64,000 nucleotides of DNA from an uncultured Anaerolineaceae bacterium (GTDB taxonomy: Bacteria > Chloroflexota > Anaerolineae > Anaerolineales > Villigracilaceae): assembly GCA_964524485.1 (NCBI GenBank), contig CAZGFR010000004.1, positions 3,036-67,035 of the forward strand, written 5' to 3'. Shown in pieces: positions 17,633 to 28,300 of the stretch (the stretch's first letter is position 1; each line of letters begins with the position of its first letter). A model generated the notes under the pieces. It ran no database searches and was not told where the DNA came from. It worked only from the letters and a program-made list of their open reading frames with translations. The translations under genes and the position numbers were made by a program.

Positions 17633-20230
17633 ATGCCCACCTCCTCGAACCTCAATTCCCACCTCAAAGAAGCCCTCGGCCTGACCTCTGCCCATTGGGT
17701 GGCCCTGGCGGACTGCGAGGGCGGGAAATGGACTCTGCTGGCTTCCCAGCGGCTGACCCGTTCCATGCAGGGGCAGTTGCTGCGCCTGCTTGAGGATCCC
17801 GCCATGAACGCCTGGCTGGACGGCATGTTGAGTGGCGGGAGCGGGCGTCCGTCCCAGGCCCTGCCTGCGGGGTTGGGCGCGGCGCGGGTGTTTGCCTTCC
17901 CTGTGGCCAATTCCACGCGCGTCCTGCTGGCTGCTGCCGATGGACAGAATCACGCGGACGGACGCCTGTGGCGTTTGTTGGCGTCCCTGCTGCCCGAACA
18001 CACGCCCGCCTATCTCGACCAGCCGACCCTGCACGAGGAGGTGCTGGCCAGCCTGCCCTATGACCTCTCGGGCTCCCTGGAGCGCATCCTCAAGGCCTTC
18101 ACGCAGGCGGTGCCCTGTCAGAGTGCGACGCTGGCCATTCGTCGCGGAGACACGCTCGAGGTCCTGGCCGCCTGGAACGAACCCAAATCGGGCGGCGAGT
18201 CCTTCCAGATCGAGTCGAACGAACTCCTGCGCCGCGTCGTCCGCACGCGCACGGAGGCGGCCGTCCTGCAGGGCCAGCCCGAATGGGACTCGATCCCTCA
18301 CGTCACCCGAAAACGCGGCGCGCGTGCATGGATCTGCCTGCCGCTGGTGATCGGTCAACGCCTGATCGGGGTGGTGACCATGTGGCGGACCCTCGCGCCG
18401 ACCCCGTCCGAGTGGCAGACCCTGCGCGAGCTGGCGGCCTACCTGGCCTCTTCCGTGGATGTGGCGGCCACCTTTGCCGAGATGAGCGCCCACCTGCGCC
18501 GCCTCGGCATGTTGAACGATTTTGCGCTGACCATCTCCTCGGCCCAGAACCTGGACCAGATCGCCCGCCGTGTGTTCGACCTGCTGGCGCGCACCTTTGG
18601 AACCGAGATGGTCACGCTCTTCCTGCTCTCCCTCGACGGGCGCATGGTGCGCGAGTTTCGCAGCCGCGAGCGCAGGTTGGCAGCGCGGATGAAGTCGTTA
18701 ACCAACCATCCCATTGCGCCATTCCTGAAGAAAGCCCGCCTTGTGCGTGCGGACACGTCTGCCAGCGGACTGCCCGTCCTGCACGAAAGCGCGCGCTCGG
18801 TCATGGCCGTGCCGCTCCGATACCGCGGACAGGTGATTGGCTCGATCCACATCGAGAGCCCGCGCCCCGAGGCCTTCAGCCAGTACGACGAGAATTTCAT
18901 GGTGGTGGTCGCCAGTCACCTGGCGGGCCTGGCCGAGTACGGACGCCTGCGCGAGGAGGCCGAGGGCCGCGCCCGCAGCCTGGGCCTGATCCACGAGATG
19001 GTCCAGCAGGTGATCGGCTTGCACGACCTGCAGGAGATGGCGCAGATTACCGCCGACCTGTTGGCGCAATACTTCGGCTACGAACTGGCCGCCGTGGTCT
19101 TCGAGGACCGCGAGCAGAACGAACTCATCCGCGGCTTCGGCGGCAAACATGGCGACACCATCCGCGAGATCGTGGGCGAGCGCGACCTGGCCATCTTCTC
19201 GGGCATCACGGGACACGTCTTCACCACAGGAGAAAGCACGCTGGTCAATGACACCCGCCAGGACCCGCACTACCAGGCCCTGCCAGGCTGGAGCGCCGCC
19301 TCTGAGATCTGTGTGCCCCTGCGTGATCTGGAGCGCGTCTTCGGGATTATCGACATCGAAAGTTCCCAGCCCAACGCCTTCACCACCAACGACCTGCTGG
19401 CCATCGAATCGCTGGCGGGCATCCTTTCGGCGGTCATCTCCAATTCGGATCAATACCGCCGCCTGCAATCCACCGTCCGCCAGTTGCGGCAGACGCAGGT
19501 GGAGTTGAAAGCCCGCATGGATGCACAACGCGCAGCCGAGAACCGCCTCATCCAGGCTGCCAAACTGGCCGCCGTGGGCGAGATGTCCGCGGGCATCGCG
19601 CACGAGTTGAACAATCCGCTTACCACGGTGACGGGTTTCACTGAGTTGATCCTCGAGGACCTGCCGCCCGAGGCCCAATACCGCACCGAACTGGAGATGG
19701 TCCAGCGCGAGGCCAAGCGCGCCACCGACGTGGTCCGCCGCCTGTTGGACTTCTCGCGCCAGGGCGAGCGCACTCGCACCCGCGCAGACCTGAATGAGAT
19801 CGTCGAAGACGTGGTGGCTCTTACACATCACCTAATTCACACCAGTGGCGTGCAATTGATCCTCGATCTGGCAGGCGACCTGCCCTGGGCCTCGATCGAC
19901 CGAAACCAGATGAAACAGGTCCTGCTCAACCTGATCCACAATGCCCTGCAGGCCATGCCCAACGGCGGCACCCTGCAGATCGCCACCACCACATCCAGCC
20001 GCGAAGCGCGCTCCTGGGTGACGCTCTCGGTACAGGACACGGGGGTGGGCATCCCGCCCCAGGATCTTGAGCGCGTCTTCGAGCCATTCTTCACCACCAA
20101 AGGGGAGCGCGGTGGCACAGGCCTGGGCCTGTCCGTCACCTATGGCATCGTCACCGACCACGGCGGCCTGATCGATGTGGCCAGCACGCCCGACGTCGGA
20201 TCCATCTTCACGGTTTGGCTGCCGCTCTAA
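17633..20230 (+). CDS. Cytoplasmic multi-GAF sensor histidine kinase
   Basis: Several GAF-like segments are followed by HisKA ([16 protein letters not shown]) and HATPase ([25 protein letters not shown]). The ORF track starts at TTG 17597 and the first ATG is at 17633. Confidence 0.85.
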   Translation: MPTSSNLNSHLKEALGLTSAHWVALADCEGGKWTLLASQRLTRSMQGQLLRLLEDPAMNAWLDGMLSGGSGRPSQALPAGLGAARVFAFPVANSTRVLLAAADGQNHADGRLWRLLASLLPEHTPAYLDQPTLHEEVLASLPYDLSGSLERILKAFTQAVPCQSATLAIRRGDTLEVLAAWNEPKSGGESFQIESNELLRRVVRTRTEAAVLQGQPEWDSIPHVTRKRGARAWICLPLVIGQRLIGVVTMWRTLAPTPSEWQTLRELAAYLASSVDVAATFAEMSAHLRRLGMLNDFALTISSAQNLDQIARRVFDLLARTFGTEMVTLFLLSLDGRMVREFRSRERRLAARMKSLTNHPIAPFLKKARLVRADTSASGLPVLHESARSVMAVPLRYRGQVIGSIHIESPRPEAFSQYDENFMVVVASHLAGLAEYGRLREEAEGRARSLGLIHEMVQQVIGLHDLQEMAQITADLLAQYFGYELAAVVFEDREQNELIRGFGGKHGDTIREIVGERDLAIFSGITGHVFTTGESTLVNDTRQDPHYQALPGWSAASEICVPLRDLERVFGIIDIESSQPNAFTTNDLLAIESLAGILSAVISNSDQYRRLQSTVRQLRQTQVELKARMDAQRAAENRLIQAAKLAAVGEMSAGIAHELNNPLTTVTGFTELILEDLPPEAQYRTELEMVQREAKRATDVVRRLLDFSRQGERTRTRADLNEIVEDVVALTHHLIHTSGVQLILDLAGDLPWASIDRNQMKQVLLNLIHNALQAMPNGGTLQIATTTSSREARSWVTLSVQDTGVGIPPQDLERVFEPFFTTKGERGGTGLGLSVTYGIVTDHGGLIDVASTPDVGSIFTVWLPL

Positions 20231-21807
20231 TGGACGCGATTTCCGTTCTGGTCATCGACGACGAACCAGGCATTGCCATGTTGTGCAAGCGCCTGCTCAC
20301 GCGCGCGGGTTTCCACGTCTCCACGCTGACCGACTCGCGCCTGGCCGTGGACTTCATGCTCAACAACACGGTCGACCTGCTGCTGGTCGACATCCGCATG
20401 CCCGATGTGGATGGCTTCGAGGTCGTCGCTCACGCCCAGCGCATCCAACCCGATATTGCGGTGCTGGTGATGACGGGCTACGGCACGGTCGAGACCGCCA
20501 TCCGCGCCCTGCGCCAGGGCGTAGATGGTCTTCTGCTCAAGCCCTTTGACCACGGCGACGAACTCATCAAGTCTGTGCAGCAGGCTCTGGCCGACAACCA
20601 GCAAAAACGCGACGCTTCGCGCACCCGCGCCCTGCGTCCGCTCTTCTCCGTCACCGAGTCCCTGCTTTCCGAAACCCAGCCCGACCGCCTGCTCGATCTC
20701 ATCTCCAGCGCCATCTGCGGCTACCTGCGTTGTCCGCATGCGGGCTACTACCTGGCCGCGGGGAACGAGTCGTTACAGTTGTTGGAGGAACGTGGCCACG
20801 CCTTCGAGGGAAAACTGGACTCGGTCGCCGCACAGGTGGATGAAGCCAACGCCCCCAGCCTGATCCTGTCCAAAGGGCCGCGCGCCGCCAAATTCAAACG
20901 CCAATTGCTGGACCTCGGGCTGGGCTCCGCCATGTTGATTCCCGTCCAGCGCCCCAGCTTCCGCAGCGTGCTGTACGCCGCGCGTGACCCGCTGGAGCCG
21001 CCCTTCCAGGAATCTGATTTCGAGATGTTCCAGATCCTGGCGCGGCAGGCCGCCGCCGCGCTGGAAAATGCCCGCCTGTATGCCGCCCAATTGGAATACG
21101 TCCGCAAGGTGGAGGAATCCCAGAAGGCCCTGCTCCAGGTGGAGAAGATGGCCACGGCGGGACGCTTGAGCGCGTCCATCGCGCACGAGGTCAACAATCC
21201 GCTGCAGGCCGTGCAGAACTGCCTGCACCTCGCCGCCCGCGAAGACCTGCCGCCCGAGAAGCGCCAGGAATATTTCGACCTCGCCCGCACCGAACTCGAC
21301 CGCCTCACTGTCACCGTAAGGCGCATGCTGGACTTTTACCGTCCAGGCCCCGCTTCCAGCGCGAAACTTAACCTGTCCGAGATCTTCGATCACGTCCTGC
21401 ACCTGATGGCCAAGCAGTTATCCGAGCGCAATGTGATCGTGGATTTTGAGATTCCCGACTCCCTTCCGCCCATCCAGGCGGTCGGCGGTCAAATTCAGCA
21501 GGTCTTCATCAACCTGATCCTCAATGCCGCCGATGCGCTGCCCGAGGGCGGCCACCTTTGGATCTCTGCGCGGGCTGTGCGCGGCGGGGCCGAAATCCTC
21601 TTTCAAGATAGCGGCCCGGGCGTTCCGCCCGAAAAACAGGCCAACATCTTCGAGCCGTTCTTCAGCACCAAGGACGGTGGCACGGGTCTGGGCCTGACCG
21701 TGAGTTACAATATCATCACAGCGCATGGAGGCACCCTGGAACTGCTCCCCGACCGTGGTCCAGGCGCCTGCTTCCGAGTCTTTCTGCCCACTGGAGGTAA
21801 GCGATGA
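20230..21807 (+). CDS. Response-regulator receiver fused to GAF-like segment and histidine kinase core
   Basis: The REC domain reads ISVLVIDDEPG..LLLVDIRMPDVDG..VLVMTGY. HisKA (SASIAHEVNNPLQAV) and HATPase (GTGLGLTVSY) follow. The ATG at 20230 overlaps the upstream TAA (TAATG). Confidence 0.85.
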   Translation: MDAISVLVIDDEPGIAMLCKRLLTRAGFHVSTLTDSRLAVDFMLNNTVDLLLVDIRMPDVDGFEVVAHAQRIQPDIAVLVMTGYGTVETAIRALRQGVDGLLLKPFDHGDELIKSVQQALADNQQKRDASRTRALRPLFSVTESLLSETQPDRLLDLISSAICGYLRCPHAGYYLAAGNESLQLLEERGHAFEGKLDSVAAQVDEANAPSLILSKGPRAAKFKRQLLDLGLGSAMLIPVQRPSFRSVLYAARDPLEPPFQESDFEMFQILARQAAAALENARLYAAQLEYVRKVEESQKALLQVEKMATAGRLSASIAHEVNNPLQAVQNCLHLAAREDLPPEKRQEYFDLARTELDRLTVTVRRMLDFYRPGPASSAKLNLSEIFDHVLHLMAKQLSERNVIVDFEIPDSLPPIQAVGGQIQQVFINLILNAADALPEGGHLWISARAVRGGAEILFQDSGPGVPPEKQANIFEPFFSTKDGGTGLGLTVSYNIITAHGGTLELLPDRGPGACFRVFLPTGGKR

Positions 21808-22541
21808 AGTCAAACATCCTGGTTGTGGACGACGAACCCGTCGCCCGCCAATCCCTGACGGACATCCTCAAACTCGAGGGCTACAGCGTGGCCTCGGCTC
21901 CCAACGGTCATGCGGCCGTGGAACACGTCCGCACCCACCCCGTGGATCTGATGATTGTGGACCTGCGCATGCCAGGCATGGATGGCTTGGAAGTGGTACA
22001 GGTGGTCAACCAGATCTCCCCCGAGACCGAGGTCATCCTGCTTACGGCGTTCGGCTCTACCGAGACGGCTATTCAAGCCCTGCGGTTACGCATCCACGAT
22101 TACCTGCTCAAGCCCGCCTCGCCCTCCCAGGTGATGGCCAGCGTCAAGAAGGGACTGGCCCGCCGCTCCTCGCGGCTGCGCGTGCGCAGCGGGGCAGGGG
22201 GCGAGGTGGACGTGGAAGAACCCTCTGCACAGTTCAGCCTCAAGGACGGTACGGTGGTGGACCTCTCCCGCCGTCAGATCCGCATGAAGGACAAACTCGA
22301 ACACCTCACGCCTGCCGAGGGACGCCTGCTGCGTATCTTGATGGAGAACCCGGGCAAGGTCTTTTCTCACCGTGAGTTGGTCCTGTTGGTGCAGGGATAC
22401 GATGCCTCCCAGCGCGAAGCGCCCGAGATCCTGCGACCGCTGGTCAGTCGCCTGCGGCATAAATTGGAGATCTTCCCGATGTTGAACAACCGCGTGGTCA
22501 GCGTGCGCGGAACAGGCTACGTGTACGAGAACGAGGAATAA
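21804..22541 (+). CDS. OmpR-family DNA-binding response regulator
   Basis: The REC domain reads ILVVDDEP..LMIVDLRMPGMDG. The winged-helix C-terminus reads LTPAEGRLLRILMENPGKVFSHRELV..VSVRGTGYVY. Its start forms an ATGA overlap with the upstream gene. Confidence 0.9.
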   Translation: MKSNILVVDDEPVARQSLTDILKLEGYSVASAPNGHAAVEHVRTHPVDLMIVDLRMPGMDGLEVVQVVNQISPETEVILLTAFGSTETAIQALRLRIHDYLLKPASPSQVMASVKKGLARRSSRLRVRSGAGGEVDVEEPSAQFSLKDGTVVDLSRRQIRMKDKLEHLTPAEGRLLRILMENPGKVFSHRELVLLVQGYDASQREAPEILRPLVSRLRHKLEIFPMLNNRVVSVRGTGYVYENEE

Positions 22542-22549
22542 AACCAAAA

Positions 22550-22579
22550 CTGCCAGCTCACACGAGTTGGCAGTTTTTT
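22550..22579. terminator. Bidirectional rho-independent terminator (response regulator gene / convergent EamA gene)
   Basis: A 10-bp stem ctgccagctc / gagttggcag (one G-U pair) with loop acac is followed by T6. An A-rich run lies upstream. Confidence 0.65.
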
Positions 22580-22589
22580 GTTTGTGGAA

Positions 22590-23531
22590 TTACTGATAAG
22601 GCGGCCAGATTTCCTTGGGCGGGTCGGGCGGACGGATCCACGAGAGCCAGCCCTCGGCGTGCTTTTCGGGGGAGGTCTTCTCGAATCGGACCAGGAGCAG
22701 GCTGAGGCCAAGTCCCACGGCACCCAGCCATTGAAGTGGAGACAGGTTTTCGTGTAGCCAGTAGTAACTAAACAGGAGGGTCACCAGCAATTCTCCCAAC
22801 CCCAGCAGCGCGGTCTGCATCCCGCCGATCCGTTTGACGCCCAGGAACAACGCCAGGCGGGAAAGGAAGGTTGCCAGGGTCAACCCGAGCACGGGCTCCC
22901 AAGGGACATTTTGAGCAGGCCAGGTGCGGTCGAAGAGGAAATAGGCGGGTACGACCACTGCGCTCATCGAAAGCAAGGTATAGAGTGTGACGGTTTGTGC
23001 GGGTACTTCGTATAGCACGCGCTGGTTGATGGGCAGGTGCAGGGCGTAGAGCATGGCCGCGCCGATCATCATCAGCACGCCGGCCAGGTTGGTGGAACTG
23101 GCGGAGAGGTCGGTGAGCAGGATGACCGCCACCGAGGCCAGCCCGATGCGGATCAGCGTCAGACGGCTGAGGGTTTGTCGGTCGAGGATCATCCAGACGG
23201 CGAGGAACAGCGGGTAGAGCGAATAGAGCATCTGCCCGAGGCTGGCAGGCAGGCGGTTGAGCGCCATGTAATAGAGCAGGGAGCCAAGGCCGTTGATGAC
23301 ACCCGCCAGCATGCAACCGACCAGACCGACAGGGAAAATGTAGAGATATCGGCGGCCGAACAGGGCGACGATCAGGAAGAGCAGGGCGGCGGCCAGGCTG
23401 GTGCGCAAAGCTACCACCGCCAGGGGACTCAGCCCTTGGGTGATGGCCAGCTTGCCAAAGACCGGCGAGACCCCCAGGAACAGGGCCGATCCCAGCGCAG
23501 CGATGACTCCTGCCGTCTTTTTATTGATCAA
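22590..23531 (-). CDS. EamA/DMT-superfamily transporter
   Basis: It has ten predicted TM segments in two EamA-like halves. The start is a TTG with a GGGAGA SD 5 nt upstream. Confidence 0.8.
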   Translation of the reverse strand: MINKKTAGVIAALGSALFLGVSPVFGKLAITQGLSPLAVVALRTSLAAALLFLIVALFGRRYLYIFPVGLVGCMLAGVINGLGSLLYYMALNRLPASLGQMLYSLYPLFLAVWMILDRQTLSRLTLIRIGLASVAVILLTDLSASSTNLAGVLMMIGAAMLYALHLPINQRVLYEVPAQTVTLYTLLSMSAVVVPAYFLFDRTWPAQNVPWEPVLGLTLATFLSRLALFLGVKRIGGMQTALLGLGELLVTLLFSYYWLHENLSPLQWLGAVGLGLSLLLVRFEKTSPEKHAEGWLSWIRPPDPPKEIWPPYQ

Positions 23532-23694
23532 ACCGATCTCCCAGGTAGAAAAGACATTAGCTCACGAAGGGAATGCCATGATGCCAGAATCGCCCCGCTG
23601 TCGTTTGAAGCCTTCGTGTCTGTTCGGCAAAGGGGAACGAGAGAGCGAGAGGTCATCCCGCTCTTCTCGTTTGCTCCGCCCTCAAAGCGATGGA

Positions 23695-25365
23695 CTATTT
23701 GATCAACGAACGCACCTCTTCGAGGAATTCGTCGTTGAGGAAATCGCCCTTTTGCATCAACGCCTGGATCCGCCCGCTGAGCAGGTTCTTCTCCTGCGGG
23801 GTCAGTTCCTTGGCGGTGGACACGATCACAGGGATGTTGGCGGTCTCGGGGCGGGCGCGCAGGGCGTCCATCACGGCGAAGCCGTCCATTTCGGGCATCA
23901 TCAGGTCGAGGATGACCAGGTCGGGCAACTCACGCTGGATCAACTCCAGACCCTCCTTGCCGTTGGTGGCCTCGCTGATGGTGTAATTGCCCTGCGATTG
24001 CAGGATGCGGCGGATGAGGCGGCGGGCCTCGGCGGTGTCGTCCACGATGGCCACGCGCGGGAAGCGGTCGGGGGCCACGTTGTTGAGCGCGGCCAGCAGG
24101 CCGTCCTCGGGAGTCTCCTCCTTGGGCGGCAGGACGATGTTGCGCGACCAGTTCTCGCCCAGCACGAACTGCTCGGCGGGCATGGTGTGTCCTGTGGCAT
24201 TGACCACTACCACGTCGGTCGGCTTGATGATGCCCGCGCGGATGAGTTTGAACAGACCCGCGAATGCCACAGCGGCGGCGGGTTCAGCGGAGATGCCTTC
24301 CATCTTGGCCAGCACGTGCATGGCGCGGTAGGCTTCCTCGTCTGTGACGCTCTCGAAAGCGCCCTGGGTGGCGTTGACGTATTTGCTCAGGATGTTATAT
24401 GCGCGGCCCGGGTCGCCCGTGGCCAGGGTCTCGATGTGGGTGCGGGGTGAGGTGACAGGCTCGGCGTTTTCCAGCCCGCGCTTCCAGCTGCTGACCATCG
24501 GCGCGCAGCCGTCCGCCTGGATGGGGGCCATGGCGGGCATGCGGTCGGTCAGGCCCATCTCGTTCAGTTCACGAAATCCCTTGTAGACGCCGATGGGCCC
24601 CATCCCGCCGCTGATGGCCTGGATGTACCAATCGGGCGTGCGCCACACGGGGGGCTGGTTCCCGTTGACAGACGCGGGCGGACCCAGCAGGGCGGTCAGC
24701 TGTTCGGCAATCTCAAAGGCGATGGTCTTCATCGCTTCGATGGAGGTGATGGTGCGCGCACCCATGTCGAGGTACAGGTTGCGCTGACGGGCGAACTCAG
24801 CCGCCATCTGCTTGACCTGGTCGTAGGACCCCGTCACCTTGATGACCTGGCTTCCATATAGCGCGATCTCCCGCATTTTGACGGCAGGCACCAGACTGGT
24901 GACGAATGCCCACAACTTGATGCTCGCGCGCGAGGCATAGGCCGAATAGGCGATGGCCACGTTGCCCGTGGATGCTGCCACCATTTCGGTGATGCCCGCT
25001 TCCTTGAGCGCTGCGATCGTGACCGCCGCCTGGCGGTCCTTGAAGGAGCCCGTTGGACCCTGGCGCTCGTCCTTGATGTACAGGTTGGGGCAGCCCAGCA
25101 TCATGCCCAGGTTGACGGCCTGGATGAGCGGCGTGCCGCCTTCACCTAATCGCAGGCTGGGGATGGGGTTGCGGATGGGAAGCAGCTCACGGTAGCGCCA
25201 CAGGTCGAAGGGGCGGTTCGCGATCAGGTGAGTGAAGTTTTCAGCGATGTTCTTGTAATCGTAATCCGCTTCGCGCCACTGGCTGTTACAACGCGGGCAG
25301 TGGAAGGAACTGGGATGGTATTCTGCGACATAGCCGCAGTCCATGCACTTGATGGTGAAGGTCAC
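23695..25365 (-). CDS. Threonine-synthase-like PLP enzyme (N-terminal Zn ribbon) fused to a C-terminal response-regulator receiver domain
   Basis: The Zn ribbon reads CMDCGY..CPRC. The PLP-lysine motif is GPTGSFKDRQAAV, with ASTGN and a GGMGP glycine loop. The REC domain spans aa ~437-556 (VAIVDDTAEARR..LVILDLMMPEMDG..IPVIVSTAKE..MQKGDF). The GTG start has a GGAGAA SD 9 nt upstream, and the first ribbon Cys lies upstream of the first ATG. Confidence 0.85.
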   Translation of the reverse strand: MTFTIKCMDCGYVAEYHPSSFHCPRCNSQWREADYDYKNIAENFTHLIANRPFDLWRYRELLPIRNPIPSLRLGEGGTPLIQAVNLGMMLGCPNLYIKDERQGPTGSFKDRQAAVTIAALKEAGITEMVAASTGNVAIAYSAYASRASIKLWAFVTSLVPAVKMREIALYGSQVIKVTGSYDQVKQMAAEFARQRNLYLDMGARTITSIEAMKTIAFEIAEQLTALLGPPASVNGNQPPVWRTPDWYIQAISGGMGPIGVYKGFRELNEMGLTDRMPAMAPIQADGCAPMVSSWKRGLENAEPVTSPRTHIETLATGDPGRAYNILSKYVNATQGAFESVTDEEAYRAMHVLAKMEGISAEPAAAVAFAGLFKLIRAGIIKPTDVVVVNATGHTMPAEQFVLGENWSRNIVLPPKEETPEDGLLAALNNVAPDRFPRVAIVDDTAEARRLIRRILQSQGNYTISEATNGKEGLELIQRELPDLVILDLMMPEMDGFAVMDALRARPETANIPVIVSTAKELTPQEKNLLSGRIQALMQKGDFLNDEFLEEVRSLIK

Positions 25366-25379
25366 AGAGTGTGTTTCTC

Positions 25380-28300
25380 CTAAGCCGGGCCTGGTTTAAC
25401 ACGCTGGAGGGCGTGTTCGAGACTGGTGATAAGTTCCTTCTCGCTCAATCCGCTCTTGTGGACGAATTGCTGTCCGTAGTCTTCGAGCTGCTTGCGTTGT
25501 TCGGGCGTCAGGTCACCGCTGCTGACGATGATGATGGGGATCTCGCTCAAGCCCTTGTTGGTGCGCATTTTTTCGAGGATCTTGAAGCCGTCCATGTCGG
25601 GCATGAACAGGTCGATGATCACAGCCTGGGGGGCCTGGTTGAGGATCATCTCCCAGCCCTTGGCCCCGCCCTGGGCCAGCAGCGGTTTGTAGTTGCCGTT
25701 GTCGGTGAGCATCTTGCCCATCAGGCTCAGGTCGTTGGGATTGTCGTCGATGACCAGCACTTCGCGGATGGACCCGTCGGGGTTGATGCGGTTGAGGGCC
25801 TGGACCAGGTCCTCTTCCAGGATGGGCTTGACGAGGTAGTCGGAAGCGCCCAGGCTGAATCCGCGCTCCTGTTCTTCGATGATCGAGCAGATCATCACGG
25901 GGATGTCGCGCGTTTCGGGGTTCGATTTTAACTCAGTCAACACCTGCCAGCCGTCGATGCCAGGCATCATGATGTCGAGCGTAACTGCGAAGGGCTTGAG
26001 CTCGGCCACGCGTTTGACCGCCTGCGACGGGTCGCTGAGCGGGATGACCTGGTAGCCCGAGGATTGCAGATAGCGTTCGTACAGGCTGATGACCTGCGGG
26101 TCATCGTCGATGGCCAGGACCAGCTTGCCGCCATAATCGGCAGCCTTGGGTTCGCGATAGACGGGCAGCGTGAAGAAGAAGGTGCTGCCTTTTCCGACTT
26201 CGCTCCTGAGGCCGATCTCGCCGCCGTGCATGCGGATCAGGCGCTGGCTGATGGAGAGGCCCAGGCCCGAGCCGCCCGTCTTGCGGGTGGGGGCATCGTC
26301 CACCTGGGAGAAGGGCTGGAAGAGTTTGACCTGGTCCTTTTCGGCGATGCCTGGACCCGTGTCGGTCACGCCCACGTAGATCTCGGGCTGGCCCGAGGAA
26401 TTGTTCTGGATATAGGCGTCGACCGTAATGGAGCCCTCGTCGGTGAACTTGGCTGCATTGGAGAACAGGTTGATCAGCACCTGGCGGACGCGGATCGGGT
26501 CGGCGTGTGCGTGCGGCAGGTCGGCGGGGATGTTCTTGAGCAGGCGGATCTGCTTGTCCTTGACCAGGCCCGTCGCCGTGGACATGACGCTGGCGATGAT
26601 GTCGTTCATGTTGACTTCCTCGAAGGCCAGTTCCATCTTGCCTGCTTCGATCTTGGAAAGGTCGAGGATGTCGTTGATCAGGCCGAGCAGATGCTGGCCC
26701 GAGTTATAGATGGCGGTCAGGTCGCTTTGCTGCAACTCGGTGATGGGGCCGTCGATGCCCTTGAGGATCACGCGCGAGAAACCGATGATCGAGTTGAGCG
26801 GCGTGCGCAGTTCGTGGCTCATGTTCGCCAGGAAGGTGGTCTTCAGGCGGTCGATCTCGCGCATTTCCTTCACGGCTTCCATCGAAAGTTCGTAGGAGCG
26901 CGCGTTGTCGATGGCGATGGCCACCTGGTCTGCCAGGGTTTGCAGCACGGCCACGTCGTCCTCGGTGAAGGCGTCCGTTTGCGTGGACTGGATGTCCAGC
27001 GCGCCGATGACGCGGTTCCCCACCCGCAGCGGGATGGCCGCCTCGGCGCGGGTGCCTGGCAGCAGCGGATTGGGCTTGTGCAGCGTGCTGGATTCGGTGT
27101 CGTTGACGATGAGGGGCGCACCCGACTGGGTCACCTGGCCCACGATGGACTGCGACCCGACCTGCAGGCTGTGCCGCTGAATCTTCATGGCCGCGCCCGC
27201 TTCGCCAGTGGCTTCCTGTAAATGCGCCGTGAAGCCCGTCTCTTCGACGATGAAGATCGAGGCATGATAGAAGCCGAAGCGTTCACGCACCAGGTTGACC
27301 GTGCGGTTGAACAGGGTGTTCAGGTCGAGGGTGGAGGTCACCAGGCGGGCGATGTCGGACGAGGCTGCCAGATAGGTGTTGCGACGTTTCAGGCTTTCCT
27401 CGGCCAGTTTGCGTTCGGTGATGTTGCGGGCCACCCAGAAGACTTCGTCCTCGTTCAACTTCGAGAGGGTCGCCAGGAACCAGTAGACCGTGGTCCCGAC
27501 GGGCAGGTCGTACTCGAACTGGATCTTTTCGCCCGTTTCCAGGGTCTGACGGATGAGCGCCACGAAGCGGTCGGCCGCCTCGCTGGGCAGCACCTCGTGC
27601 ATGCGTTTACCGAGCAATTCGGCGGGCGGGCGGACGAGCAGGCCAGGGTTGGTCGGCGCGATGCGGATGTAGCGCGCGTCCCCATCCACCACCAACACCA
27701 CGTCTTCCATCGAGGAGAACAGGGTGCGCAGGTCTGCTTCGGATTTGGCCAGCGCATCGCGGGCTTCGAAGCGCTCGATGGCGGCTGTCACCTGGGCGGC
27801 CAGCGGAACAAGCGCCTGGATGTGACCCTCGTTCAAACGGATCTTCGGGTCGTAGGTCTGGATGGTCATCACGCCGCGCACACCCCTTGCCGAGCGCAGG
27901 GGGATACCCAGCCAGTCCTCACCGGGCGCGCCGTCGGGGGTGACCCGTCCCTGTTGTTGGAGCTCTTCATACATCTCAGGCGTCACCAGCAGCGGGGCAG
28001 CTGTGTTGATGATGTAACTGGTCAGGCCCAGCCCGTACTTCATCGGCGGCGGAGGCGGATCTTTTTCATCCACGAAATACGGGAAGTTGATCATTCCCTC
28101 GGAAGGATCGTACAGGGCGATATAGAAATTGTCGGCGGGGGCCAGCCGTCGGGCCGCGTCATGGACGGCGCGCAACAGGTCCGTCAGGCTGGCGGCATTC
28201 AGCGCAGCTTCCGTGATTTGGGCCGTGGCGGTCTGCACCAACTGGCCGATCTTGCTCTCGGTGATGTCCTGGTTCGCGCCGAACGAGCGGACCGTGCGTC

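Noticed and set aside
23642-23664. Possible terminator hairpin (agagcg / cgctct) between the ThrC-receiver gene and the EamA transporter gene
   Set aside because: The stem is only 6 bp with an 11-nt loop and no clear U-run on the minus strand. That is too weak to call, so whether EamA is co-transcribed with the 27-kb block is left open.
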